Positions 1-12,583 of a stretch of 64,000 nucleotides of DNA are shown piece after piece. This DNA is from Laetmonice hystrix (taxonomy: Eukaryota): positions 23,436,001 through 23,500,000 of the forward strand of contig OZ249438.1 in NCBI GenBank assembly GCA_965235115.1, read 5' to 3'. Both the position numbers and the translations under genes were made by a program. Under the pieces are notes generated by a model. The model worked only from the letters and a program-made list of their open reading frames with translations, had not been told where the DNA came from and made no database searches. Position 1 is the first letter of the stretch, and each line of letters starts with the position of its first letter.

Positions 1-3000
1 AGCTAATTTGCCGACATGTCTCTCCCTTGCATGATGTCGACGACCTATTTTCCCGGACAGATCCCTTCATTCAATGGTTCCTACACTGGGGCCACAATTC
101 ATGCAAGGGCTGGGTGAACAAATGCCCGGATATAAAGCCGCGCCCTCGCCCCCCCCCCCACCGCCCCCCTAACAAAAGTTTTAATTGAGAACGTCGATGG
201 CTGCAGCCAGCCCGCCGTCAGCCTCCCTCTCTATAACTCTTACTAACGAGACAGTGCTCTTACATTAACCCAGTATCATCTTGGTGAAGATGACTCCATG
301 CGTTGATTTTTAAAGGCATTCAAATTTACATTAGGTTGAAGGGATTAAAACAAATTCACACCTGACTGAAGGTGGGGAAGGTAGCGTTAATTGACGTTAA
401 TGGCGCTCGCCCAGAGACAGAGCTGACAGTAAGAGGACCTCTTCCGTTTCGTTATATTTGCTTGTTTTTAGCCGCCACAAGGGAATACGTCCTGGCAAGT
501 CTACAGCTCCGTACAGAGCACAGAGCAGCGTTCTCTGTGCTTCCATAATGGATGATTCGCAGCGTCTCGATGTGCGTGAGAGATGAGTACACTATCATAC
601 AAGATGCATTTAGCCATACAAGTAATTGTAAGATTGTCATATTCGGGCAAAATAGAGGAAAAAACGTCACCGCAAGATCCTTTGTATATCTCGGTGCACA
701 TTTACAGAGCACGATCCTTTGCACCTGTGTGTAGATATACTACACCTGACATACATTTTACATACAGGTTCAGGCCATATAGAAGCCTTATGACGAGGTA
801 TCAGGGATTATTATTAATATAGTAATATGCCGCAAGATGACATAAATAGAATCCACCGTATATAGCCGCTCATTTTACACGTGTTATAGGCCTACATGAA
901 TATCTCTATATGACCGGGAAGTGGTCGTGTATTTCATAATGAGTCGGGCCTCATTGTATGTTGATGTCCCAGGTTGTTGTATAGCCTGTCGGTGGGGTGA
1001 CGGCATTGTCAGCGGCCATGAAAGGCGGGTTTGCTGCTGGTGAATCAGGCAGGAGGACGGCGAGGTCGGCCCGGAAAGCCAGCCACCTGTGACCCGGGGA
1101 GCTGGGCCGGGGACGGCGGTCGGCCGAACACCCACTCACTGCCGTGTCAGTCCTACAATAACAGGTCAGAGGGGACCTGAGCTCGACTGGCACAACCGTC
1201 ACCGAACCAACGGGCCTCCGACGGCCAGTCAACCTGTGACCCACATTGGGTGACACCTCGGTGCCATGTACGGTTGATTCTTTGCCCACACACTGATCCC
1301 CCTGGCCCCCTGCCCCCGGGATCCAGTGGAGGGTTCACCTTACAGGACCCTAATACCTTCCCCACCTCGGCTTAATACACGGGGACGGTAACATTATCAT
1401 TACATGACGTGTATTAATAAAATACGCATTGTGATCGATGTCTATAGCTCGAGAGATTATAGCAAATTATATACGAAGGACAAAATGCTAAACTTTTTTT
1501 TTCTCATGTGCCTCAGAATGTGGACAGGGCCTCCCCCAAAAGTATCCAAAGGCTGAGTAAGATCCATCTTTGTCTCAGTCTGGTCAAATTGTTCAAACTA
1601 TGAAAGATGAAAAAATTCCTCTTTCCCATCTTTTAATCAATCCCCTCACCCCAAACGCACACTTTCAAAAAAATTATATATCCAGATAATATTATATAGG
1701 CATCGATATAAGAGGTGGAGTTTAGAGTGAATGTTTGCTGAAGAACGGAAGTTATATGAGCATGAATGGAGCCAGGAACTGGCTGGGTCAGTGCTGATAG
1801 ATAGTCCGGGGCACCTCTCACCGCGGATGTCTCTATTATTGTGAGCCCGGCCGACCATTGGATGGTGTTGACGGTCGGGCGGAGGTTGTGGCCGGGTGCT
1901 GTCTGTCACGGCCGCGCCGCCCCTGTCACCTGCGACACCGCCGGTCGACAACCAACGTGATGGCCTGCTGACGGCGCCCCGGCCTGCGTCATTGTCATCC
2001 TGGCCGGGCTGGGCACGCTGTCTCCCCGCCGGCCACTCACAGCCACCCCACCCCCCGCCTCTCCCCGGCCCCGCCAGCCTTCCACCACCTTCCGTTAGAA
2101 AACGGCCATCAGTTGTCGGAAGTGGCATCAATTAGACGCCGACATTGTTAACCAGTCGCAGACAGTACTGTTGCTCATTTAGCGACCCATGCTCGACCGC
2201 GTCAAGGACTTTCACCAAGGGCACTTGGCTGTGTCCGATCACCACTCTCAGCCACCCTCAATACCTGCTCGGGGCCAGCCATGGTCGGTGCTGATTTTAG
2301 AAAGCACGATAAACGGACAAGCCACAAAAAGCTTGGAACTCGACGCCCCCGGGGCCGGATGGCGAGGTCCGCACTTGCCGGGCGATCCGGGCCGGGATGC
2401 ATGTCGATCACCTCGCGTGATGACGACCGCTTGGCTCTCAGTGATCGCAGTGTCTAAACATCGCTATCCATACAATGAAAGCTGTCGTAAAATCCGATCA
2501 GTGGGAATTATCCCGGATTATTTTTGTCTCTCTGACAAGATCATAACGCGATAAACACGGATTTCATTCTGGGGGCAGTGGACCCCAATAAATAGACAAT
2601 TCTAGTCGGACACAGATTTATTGTTTATTTAAACGGGCAAACTTAGCAACTTTGTAAATAGAGACTCCATGCTAGACCTACAGTTCCCGTGCCCATGCAT
2701 GTACCCCCAGTTTGATATACTACTAGGACGTCTGGCGATAGCCTGACGCGGAACGCGAACTGGACGTCCGCTCGGGTCGTTAAACTTGTTGAACCAGGTA
2801 GCGAACCTCACGTTAGACATAGGTCTGTGTTGTGAGGCTCAATCCTGGTATTTGGCCGCAAGTCTCTGTGGCATTTGTGTAATTGTTGTGGGTGTACTAC
2901 AGCCGGCGGCAGTGGCGATGGCTCTAGCGGCACTGTCTTCCTGCCGCCGCTGCTGCCGCTGCCCCGCGAGAAGCTCAGTGGTTGCCGGCGCGGCGCGCTG

Positions 3001-6000
3001 CCTGGCCCCGCCGAGTGCGTGCGTGGGGAGGCGGCGGTGGCGGTAGTGGGGTGGGGGCCCATCGCGTGTCCCGCTCTGCCAGCCCCGCCGAGCGCTGCGT
3101 GGAGGTGCCGAGCGCTTTGACTGAGCTGGTAACCTCGTGGTTACTGCGGATCAGCGACCCTAGCTTCCATCAAGGGGTGCGCGCACACACAAACACACAC
3201 AGAAACTATTGCAGACGGATCTATAGATCGAATGCACGCCATCCGGCAATGCGTGGCCGTTGAAATATCAACATGCACGCGTGTGCTTCTAAAAATCTAC
3301 CTTGCCAAACTGCAGTCAGGTGGCCACAAACATTAGGTGCGGTCATAAATAGAACCGTTTTCCAGCCAGAGGAAAACATGTGGCGGACAATCTCTCACTG
3401 AGTGTGATCCAGGGTTGTCAGCAAACCGGTTATTAACGAAACCTACTCATCTTTCATATTCGTTCTGGTAAATTAACAGTAAACGTTTTCATGTGGATTC
3501 GATATCATTCCATCCCTCTAGTTGCTTTCGTTTGAATGAAGCCTGACGAAACGCATGCAAACCGAAATTCAATTGTCATGGGACAAATTCACAGCATGGG
3601 ACATCATATTGGGGTTATAGATAACATTTATGTATATAATTATAGCCGCTAGACCAGACTTGTTTGAGTTGCCATGCCATGCCTCTGCAGAAGCCTATAT
3701 CGGAAGACTTCAGAAGATCACTTATTTCTCATCGCAAGGAAAATATCAGCCTATACGTGGACAAAGTACCATATCTTGTGGTGTGGTCATACGACACTCG
3801 GTGTATATTATAACATAGGATGCACATACCTGCATATAGCCACATTTAAAGATGACATATTTTTCCACCGACTCGTTCATTTTATTGGTTGTTAATATTA
3901 CACGGACTGCGGTGCTAAGCAACCGACACACGTGCGCTGTGTGGCTTGACCCCTTTGACTGGCAGCTCGTGGCCACGTGCACGCGAGCTGGGCCTCAATG
4001 CGCGTGCCGGGTCCGTCCACCTGGGCCCCTGCTATCCCCCCCCCCACCGTCAGCCAAACACAGCTCCGAGACTACATTCTCATCTCTCGGATCGTCATTT
4101 AGTCATAAAAAAATCGGCGAGAGTGTATTGTGGCAAACCAAGGTGTTTTTTGTCGATGTTGATGGTAGGAAAAGGGTGGTTTGGTGCGAAGATATCAATG
4201 AATAGAATGCCATTCTGTGTGTAATAATATCACTGATACTGATACAGTTGTAATAGTGTCAATATGTCCAGTGATGAGGTAGTCATACACCTAGATCTAT
4301 ATCTGGATGTCTTATCAGTTCAATGTGTGTCTCTGTCCTCATGCAGAAACTGCTGACAACTGAGGCAGGGTCTCCACGGCCTATACGTATATCTATGCAA
4401 ACAAAACATGCCTTAATTGTTTTGTTGTTATTCTCACCGTTATTACAATCACCATTTATTATTAGACTCCATTTCTACCATAAGTCCTAGTATACATTTG
4501 TATATCATTAAATGTCATTAGGGCAGACGCCGTATACCGTTACTGGCCAGTCAGTTGTATACTGACTGTAGACTTGGCTCGAGTTGATACGTTAAAAATG
4601 TAGCAAAAATACCCAGCACTATACACAGGATTGTGGCATGTCTGGGCCCATGCTCAACATAATATATTCTATATAGTCTAATATATACTCGTCCTCTCAA
4701 AGACTAGAAGTTTATCTCTGATAATGAGAGTTTGTCAACGTGTGTCCCGGGCCTGTCCCTTCTCCAGACCGTGTCATTGTCCAGATCGTCCTTCAGGCCT
4801 TTACCCCTGGAGATGGCATCTATACCCTGACCCTGGCGGCATCGTGCCCCGTAATAAACCCCCCCCCCCCCCATTAACGACATTAGGAAATTTGCTAAAT
4901 CACAATATTATGGTCACCTTTTGTCTGCGGTTCGTCTCTAATGAGCCCAAATAAATCAACGCTTAATTCATTAGCCGCCTCAAGTGCCTTTGTTATGTTA
5001 GCGGACTCGACCCTTTATTTGCCTGGTCGACCCGAGTTTGCGTTTCGTGTGATCCTGGCGCTCGGCGGCGGCTGTCCCGTGTCGTGCACCGACCGTGCTG
5101 CTGTGACGGCAGTCCCGGAGAACGTACAGGCCAGCCACCTTTTGTCTGGGAGATGGTCGGTGGACTATCTACCTTCTTCCCGGAATCTGTGGGGCTGCAC
5201 TCGTCTTATATAGAGACACATGAGACAGTGAAAGACACGCAGATATACACCAACATGGAGACATTGTGGCCTTCAACGAGCTAGTATTTTTTTAGAGGTC
5301 TCACTGCAGTGAAACTTGCCAGTCATGACAATCCTGGCCATGAATATCAACCAGAGATACTCATCACACATTATACTTATATGTATACATTTATGAGAAT
5401 ATGACTGGGTTTGATGACGTATTATGTATATACACCCTGACACAGGAGAACGGTCATGATATTTGCTCATGCGCAGTTATCGTTTGTCATATAATATCCC
5501 CCGCCTTTCACCATGCAGCTTGTCCCTCACTCCTCGTGTGTGTGGCTGCCGCCAGGGATCGTTCCGTTAACCGAACGGCAGTGTCATTTTCAAGAAACCC
5601 TCCAAGTTGTACCATTGAGTGAATTACCCCGGGAAACCCGACTCGCCTATGTAAAGTCAGCGAGACTGGTTGATAAAGTCAAGCGGTGGTCGGGTCGAGC
5701 TGTGGCACACACGACCTGCCTTGGATACCGACATGGCAGCGAGTGTCTCACTCTCTTCAACCTCATCGTCACAGACATTACAACGGTCACACTCAACAAT
5801 CATTCATCATAATTATTTACCATGTCGTCAAGAGGTCGACCGTGCGTTGTCTTAGCGAACCGGAAAATAATATCAACCGTTGCACTTTCACAATGTAGAA
5901 AATCCTTGCGATTTCTGATCAAAATCGAATTCGCCTTGCCGTGACACTGTAACCACATTCAGTGTGATTATCTTATTTTGATGATAAGAATATAATTTCA

Positions 6001-6937
6001 ATTAATGAATTTCAATACTCCTTATTCTTTTTCCTTATTGTTTCTTATTTCATGCTCTTTTCCATGTGGACTCACAAGAAATGATTTGCACGCCTCGATA
6101 AACGTATCACATTCAATCTTGATTAAATTAATTATCTTATTTTTCCTGTAAGGGAAATGAAGAGGACTCACTTTCAGCTAATTTCTCTGTGGCCTGGCGA
6201 GGAAAACGTTGTATACCGTTGACGGATCCTGTATACATTGACCTCTAATCGTGTCATACCTCAACCAGTGGCACTCAGCGTGAAGCTCTTCCAATCCGAC
6301 TTTACATGATGACACTCTGTCCGATTCCAATGTCAGAACGCGTACATAATATTACTATAACTGTACAGGTACATCCTTCTAGTTACATGTTGCAAGCGAT
6401 TATAACTTCCATACATGGGTCTCTATTTTGGGGGTAAAGGAAAATGTGGCTTAAGCAACCACAATACAATTATATCGGTCAGTTGTTAATTCAACCATTT
6501 CTACCTGTTGTTTGTACTGAGATGGCCTGAGCTTAGACCCCATGAATGGCGGTTGGAAAGTCAGGTAAAAAACATATTCTCAAGACGGACCCGTATACTT
6601 CTCCTATCACGTGCTTGTGTTCATTTACTTGTGTTATCTAAAGCTAAATGTGAAGAACGACCGAAAGTATGAAACTCGATGTTCAGACGATTTCATGTTC
6701 TTCCTTATCGGTGTGAGTTGGCGATTTGGACCTGAGATGATAGCAGACTTGGTTGTCGGGTCATCCAGATGGTGTGCTGATCCTTGTATGTGGTCGTTCA
6801 GAAACCCTAGACCGTTATCTGCGCCTAGAAGCACGACATTTTGTTTGGTCGGCTTTGACTGCGGTCACAAGGCACGCAGACTGCACGGCCAACACGCGCA
6901 CACCGCGTGCGGTCCGAGTTGGGATAAGGCCACCCTC

Positions 6938-6939
<2 letters not shown>

Positions 6940-6977
<38 letters not shown>
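6940..6977. repeat. (CT)n dinucleotide microsatellite, ~19 units
   Basis: Uninterrupted ctctct run read directly. Confidence 0.95.
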
Positions 6978-6983
<6 letters not shown>

Positions 6984-8777
6984 CTCTATCTCTGCCTATA
7001 TCTCTGCGTCTTTTTGTACCATCCTTTCCCTGCCTGTTGTCTGCCTCAATCTTTTGGCCACTTCAACCTTGGATGGGGGGCGGGGCTCTTTCTTAAACAT
7101 AGTGGTCAGTGTATCCGAAATCCCGAGGTCAGTCATCTATGCAGTGTCTCAGTTATTTCACCAGACCTTCCTTTTTATTAGGAGGCACTTCCTAAAGACG
7201 CTTGTAATGATGAATGAAAGTTAAATTAATCATCGATTTGTTACAAATGCTCAACGCACAGGTTGTCTATACATGAAGTACATGTAATATGTGTAGCCCC
7301 GCATACGACAATGTTCAGGCTAATGGCTGGTCGGGGAGGGGAGCAGTCTGTGTTCACTCAGGCCTTGAGTTGAGGCACTGAGACGGTTGTTACTCCACTC
7401 TGACTGCTGCGTCGATGGTGAATTCGATGCCTAGTAGTAAGAGGACACCGCCATGACAAGCTGAGTTGTCACCGGATCGGGTAAGCAACAGGTCGGCCCC
7501 TGACGCGGGTATCCGCCGCCGGTATCCGCCGCGGGTGCGCTGGCGTCGCCGCCATTGTTAACAAGAAATCCCCCTTTATGAAAAGATAATGTGTGGTGGG
7601 CAGTAAGATGGGAATGGCATAGGCCATGTTGTGTGTGTGTGTGTGTGGGGGGGGGGGGGGGTGCTCGGAGACGGATGGTAGTTGGGGAAGGGTTATTGTA
7701 GCGTTCGTATTAAGATCCCTGATTCCCCGGCGAGGCGGACAGATTAGGACCGTGCTCCAATTACCATGGGAATGCCGTCCGCCATGTTAGAGCTCAGACG
7801 AGGGGGGGGGGGGGGGGGCGCGAGGAGGGTAGCCCTATGGCTTGGGATTTAAGCCTGATCTTTTTAGGCGCAGCTCTGAGCGGATTGGATTTATCCTGCC
7901 CTGATCAGGGGGGTTGGCTCTCTCCTCGTTACAGTCAGGTTTGCTCACAGACGTAGTTAATCCGCCACAGGTCGAGTGCAGGCCTGGATAACTGCCAGGC
8001 CGCTACAGTTTCCACCAAAGCTATTACAAAGGAGGACGAATTATTTTGCAGACGGTTCGTACACTCGGCCATTTCTGTTTACAACCTCTGACGTCATAAT
8101 CTCGCGGGAGTTTCGCCCTGGAAGCGTCTTGATGGCTTCGATGCAGTGTGCATGGTGTAGGCCCTAGACATATACATGTATAGGGGAGGGGGCCGCTCGT
8201 AAACTGGGTCAATACGTTTTTTTCAGAACTCCCGATACCTGGATGCATACACTTCTTATTTGTATCCTTCTCATATGAATCGACTGCTGAATAATGGCGT
8301 TCCGCCAGGCACTCTGCGGACATAAATAACGTTTCTACATCTACGCAGTGTGTTACGATTTACACAGTCCTACAGTAGGCTATATGTGCTCCGAGAAAGG
8401 ATTCAAATTTGGAGCAAAATATTTTTCGAACCAAATTGTTCCAAGTATAAACATACATGATACTATTGGTGTGAAGGAAAACAGACAACTCAAACTGGTT
8501 TACCGTCATTTGCAACGGCCCCCATTCCGTGAGCATTGACAAGGGTGTAGAGGTCAATTTATATTGACCGCAGTATTCTCTGACATACGATAAGTTGCAG
8601 GTTGTATCATGCCAGAATAATAAAATCGGAAACCTTGACGAATGTATATTATATACTCGACTGGTCCAAAAGTTTTGCCGGGAATTCCTATAATAAAATG
8701 TATGACATTAACACAATAGAGGAACGTCAATTGAAATAGTACAATTATTGACTGATTTAATTTCTGTGTATTTTTAG

Positions 8778-8888
8778 TCCAGACGCTCGATCCTATATGG
8801 AGGAGGAGAACATGATGCCGCTCCAAGCGAGGCTCAACCCGTACCACGTGACCGATCTCATGGCGCATGTGCAGAACCGATCATACAG
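8778..8888 (+). CDS. Internal coding exon (phase 2 to phase 2, 111 bp) of an unidentified gene; encodes xPDARSYMEEENMMPLQARLNPYHVTDLMAHVQNRSY(S)
   Basis: Acceptor tttctgtgtatttttag| at 8777, donor AG|GTAACT at 8889, open frame, splices in frame to the 9165 exon (AG+C = Ser). Confidence 0.75.
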
Positions 8889-9164
8889 GTAACTTTGTGT
8901 TTGATGATGTAGCTTAGATCTAATGCTATTATAGAGTAAGGGGCACTGATAAGAATGAAAACAACCCCATGTATCAGTGCCAAAGGCAGGGCACATTACA
9001 GCAGCAGAGTATAAACGAAAGTCAAATAATATGTACGCATTAACCGAAAATGTATAAATATAGGTCCTAATATAAGATCACCGATCAAAGGTATTAACTC
9101 CTGCCATTCTGTAACTTTCACTTTGTGTAGAGTCGAGTCAAGTGTTTCTGATTTCTCCTTCCAG

Positions 9165-9468
9165 CCCTGACATGAGGTCCCGCATGGGCGACGAGAGCAT
9201 GGTGCATCACCAGAGTCACATGGCTCCACATCATCTTTCCGGACACGCGCATGCGCAAGGTCTTGTTCCGTCAGCGGCCATGAACGGCCACGGCCATCCC
9301 CACTCAGGTCTTGGTCACGGGGAGCATGACTTTACACGCAAGTACGGTATATCGGCCAAGATTATGGAGGAACAGCAGGCAAACATGACTCTCAACCTAG
9401 TCAAAAGCGAGGCAATACCGTCCCACTATCTCTGTGGAGCAATGGACCACCAAGTGACATCAGTCTGA
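9165..9468 (+). CDS. Terminal coding exon of the same unidentified gene; His/Gly/Met-rich tail (SPDMRSRMGDESMVHHQSH...VKSEAIPSHYLCGAMDHQVTSV*), transcription-regulator-like or PDZ-ligand-bearing protein
   Basis: Acceptor gtttctgatttctccttccag| at 9164, 100-codon open frame with coding-like codon use, TGA at 9466-9468. VKSE fits the SUMO consensus and terminal VTSV fits a class I PDZ ligand. Family not recognised. Confidence 0.8.
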
Positions 9469-10238
9469 TGACGTCACATTTGACCTTGATTGCGGTCAGG
9501 GTTGACCCGTATACATCTTCATCATCAGTTTACCCCTGATGTGGCCAAATTCGTCCAGTGCATGTGTGTATGTGTGTGTTCATGGGTGGCATCCTCCGGC
9601 CCGCGGTGGTGATCTCATTATAATATTTGTGTCGTCACATCGTGATATCATCGCTTCCTCTGACGTCATCATCTCACAGAAATCACTCTTTTTCGTAATT
9701 GTGTATATTTGTCTTGATCATCTACATGTAACAGAACTGCATGTTCGGACCATTGCCTTCCTCTATGTACATAATGAAAACGTTTACCTTTTGCATTTAC
9801 TACTGCATAATAATTCATGTTTAAATGGATATAGTTCGAAGTTTGGATCGGGAAACCCCCACTGTAACAGTTATGTGTAAAATGCTCATAAAATTTAAAT
9901 CGTAATGGATACTGAATTGTTTGATGTCAATGTAAAACAAAACATCAAAGCAGTGATGGAAAGTGTGGCTCTTAGAATGGGCTCTTAGTATGTTTTCTTC
10001 CAAAAAAGGTTCGTATGTCAGGTACGTCACAGTCCCGAGTCTAAACTTTCTCCATTCACCGCCCTAAACAGGTGCTATAATTTGGATGCAGCAGATGTTA
10101 AACAGGTCGCAAAATTTCGATGCAGGTAATATTAAAAGAGAAGTGCTACTCTGGTGGTCGGCCTTCCAGCGACTTCAGCTGGTGTCAGCTCCTGGCTGAA
10201 TACAAAATACTTGTTAGGCTTATCGTCGGTTGGGCCTT

Positions 10239-10786
10239 CAGCATGATGAGACCCTGTAAGGTTCCAATAATCAGGTTATCGTTGGGCCCTCAGCATGATG
10301 AGACCTGTAAGGTTCCAATAATCAGGTTATCGTTGGGCCCTCAGCATGATGAGACTCTGTAAGGTTCCAATAATCAGGTTATCGTTGGGCCCTCAGCATG
10401 ATGAGACCCTGTAAGGTTCCCATAATCAGGTTATCGTTGGGCCCTCAGCATGATGAGACCCTGTAAAGTTCCAATAATCAGGTTATCGTTGGGCCTTCAG
10501 CATGATGAGACCCTGTAAGGTTCCCATAATCAGGTTATCGTTGGGCCCCCAGCATGATGAGACCCTGTAAGGTTCCAATAATCAGGTTATCGTTGGGCCC
10601 TCAGCATGATGAGACCCTGTAAGGTTCCCATAATCAGGTTATCGTTGGGCCCTCAGCATGATGAGACCCTGTAAGGTTCCAATAATCAGGTTATCGTTGG
10701 GCCCTCAGCATGATAAGACCCTGTAAGGTTCCAATAATCAGGTTATCGTTGGGCCCTCAGCATGATGAGACCCTGTAAGGTTCCCA
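10239..10786. repeat. Minisatellite, 52-bp unit x ~10.5 (cagcatgatgagaccctgtaaggttccaataatcaggttatcgttgggccct)
   Basis: Units start at 10239, 10291, 10342, 10394, 10446, 10498, 10550, 10602, 10654, 10706, 10758. Confidence 0.97.
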
Positions 10787-11707
10787 GAACTACAGACCTA
10801 CCATTGACACTGACCATACGTGCTGGTCAAGTTTGAGCTGACTATGACATGTCGGCACGGGAGGCTACAGGTCAATGTCCGAAAGAGGACGGAATTGACG
10901 GAAGGGTTCTGAGTGTAGGAATACGACGTTTGGCTCTGAATGCACCTGTGAGGCGGTTACCCGACTCGGACTGTGACTGTGCACGCCGAGTTCGGCCACC
11001 GATGACACCGTGGGAACCGTGGGGTCTCAGGTGGCAGGGACGCAGCGTGTGCGGACGTCGAGAAGGGAACGCCTCCTGTCCACACGAGTCCCTCCTGTCC
11101 AGCCTCTCCTCCATGATGGTCACGTTGTCAGCGGTCTGTTTTTTTGTCCACCTGATGTCCGAGCACGGCCTTGTCTCAATTGTCTGATGACAATTGGCCG
11201 AAACAACAAATGAGCAGTCTACCAGCGCCCACACGGTGTTACTAATCGTATAGAAGTAAAAGAACCGCGTCGGAAAGCAGCTTTACTACTCTCTCACAGA
11301 GGTACAGAAAAACTACTTTAAAAAAATCCCGATCTACTGGTTTTTTTCTCAGGCATATATGCATAATATATAAGGGAAACTGCAATGCGTTGAATTGACA
11401 TGACCCAAAGCTTGTTTTGATCAGTTATCAGATATCCGACCGCCAAGTCGCTTCTTCGAGTGAACCCCGTGCTCACAATAGACTTCATGAGTCATGAACC
11501 TAATCCCTGGTGATTTTCTTATACTCTTTCTGTTTCCACCCATTATACTTTAGATGAGAAAATAATATCAGCGCAAGGAACGGAATAGATCATTAGGTCA
11601 TGCATGTTTATCTGTATTATAATATGACATACATGAAGGATCATGCGTGTAGAAATTCATCCACGGCAAGAATTTCATAAAGATTATGAATCTGACGAAA
11701 AAAAACC

Positions 11708-11873
11708 CCATATAATACGGAGGTTGTTCAAGCGATCTTACCATATAATACGGAGGTTGTTCAAGCGATCTTACCATATAATACGTAGGTTGTTCAAGCG
11801 ATCTTTCCATATAATACGGAGGTTGTTCAAGCGATCTTACCATATAATACGGAGGTTGTTCAAGCGATCTTAC
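11708..11873. repeat. Minisatellite, 33-bp unit x 5 (ccatataatacggaggttgttcaagcgatctta)
   Basis: Five near-identical tandem copies. Confidence 0.97.
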
Positions 11874-12231
11874 AAATTTGTATTGTCCTGTTAATATATA
11901 GAGAGCAATACTGAGAACTGATGGTCATCTTTGCTGACTTCAAGGTTAGCTACACTCAAAGACGGATTTAGTAACTATTATACAAACGCTCAATTGAAAA
12001 AAATAAATGTGTATATAACAAATCAGAAATATGGTTGTATCATGTATATTTTCATGTGGCATTCTCTCCTGATTTAAAATCAGGTGTACACTTAGTCGTG
12101 TATGTAAGCTGGTTCGAGGAAGAAGTAAAGCCAATATCTTCTTCCGTAACCTTTCACCGTACATGCATGACCTGTAAATGCGAATTGCCTTCTGACGAAA
12201 GAATTGTCATTGTATTGAATTGTTGTCTGAC

Positions 12232-12583
12232 GCATACCTTGGATACAAACTGTGCAGCAGGTAGCCCAACTGTATGCATACCTTGGATACAAACTGTGCA
12301 GCAGGTAGCCCTACTGTATGCATACCTTGGATACAAACTGTGCAGCAGGTAGCCCTACTATATGCATACCTTGGATACAAACTGCAGCAGGTAGCCCTAC
12401 TGTATGCATACCTTGGATACAAACTGTGCAGCAGGTAGCCCTACTGTATGCATACCTTGGATACAAACTGTGCAGCAGGTAGCCCTACTGTATGCATACC
12501 TTGGATACAAACTGTGCAGCAGGTAGCCCTACTGTCTGCATACCTTGGATACAAACTGTGCAGCAGGTAGCCCTACTATATGC
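12232..12583. repeat. Minisatellite, 44-bp unit x 8 (gcataccttggatacaaactgtgcagcaggtagccctactgtat)
   Basis: Eight copies, one with a 2-bp deletion; junction forms the palindrome GTATGCATAC. Confidence 0.97.

Noticed and set aside
24-109. 11-bp inverted repeat CCCTTGCATGA / TCATGCAAGGG around 64 bp
   Set aside because: Short arms, no TSD, no extension; compatible with chance.
9165-9468. APC assignment from the terminal VTSV
   Set aside because: No APC-like SAMP, 20-aa repeat or EB1-binding sequence, and the terminal exon is only 304 coding bp.
11167-11207. Hammerhead-ribozyme-like words (TTGTC...CTGATGA...CGAAACAA)
   Set aside because: Stems I and II cannot form canonically (no G10.1-C11.1 pair); the sequence is better explained by the hairpin CAATTGTC-TGAT-GACAATTG.
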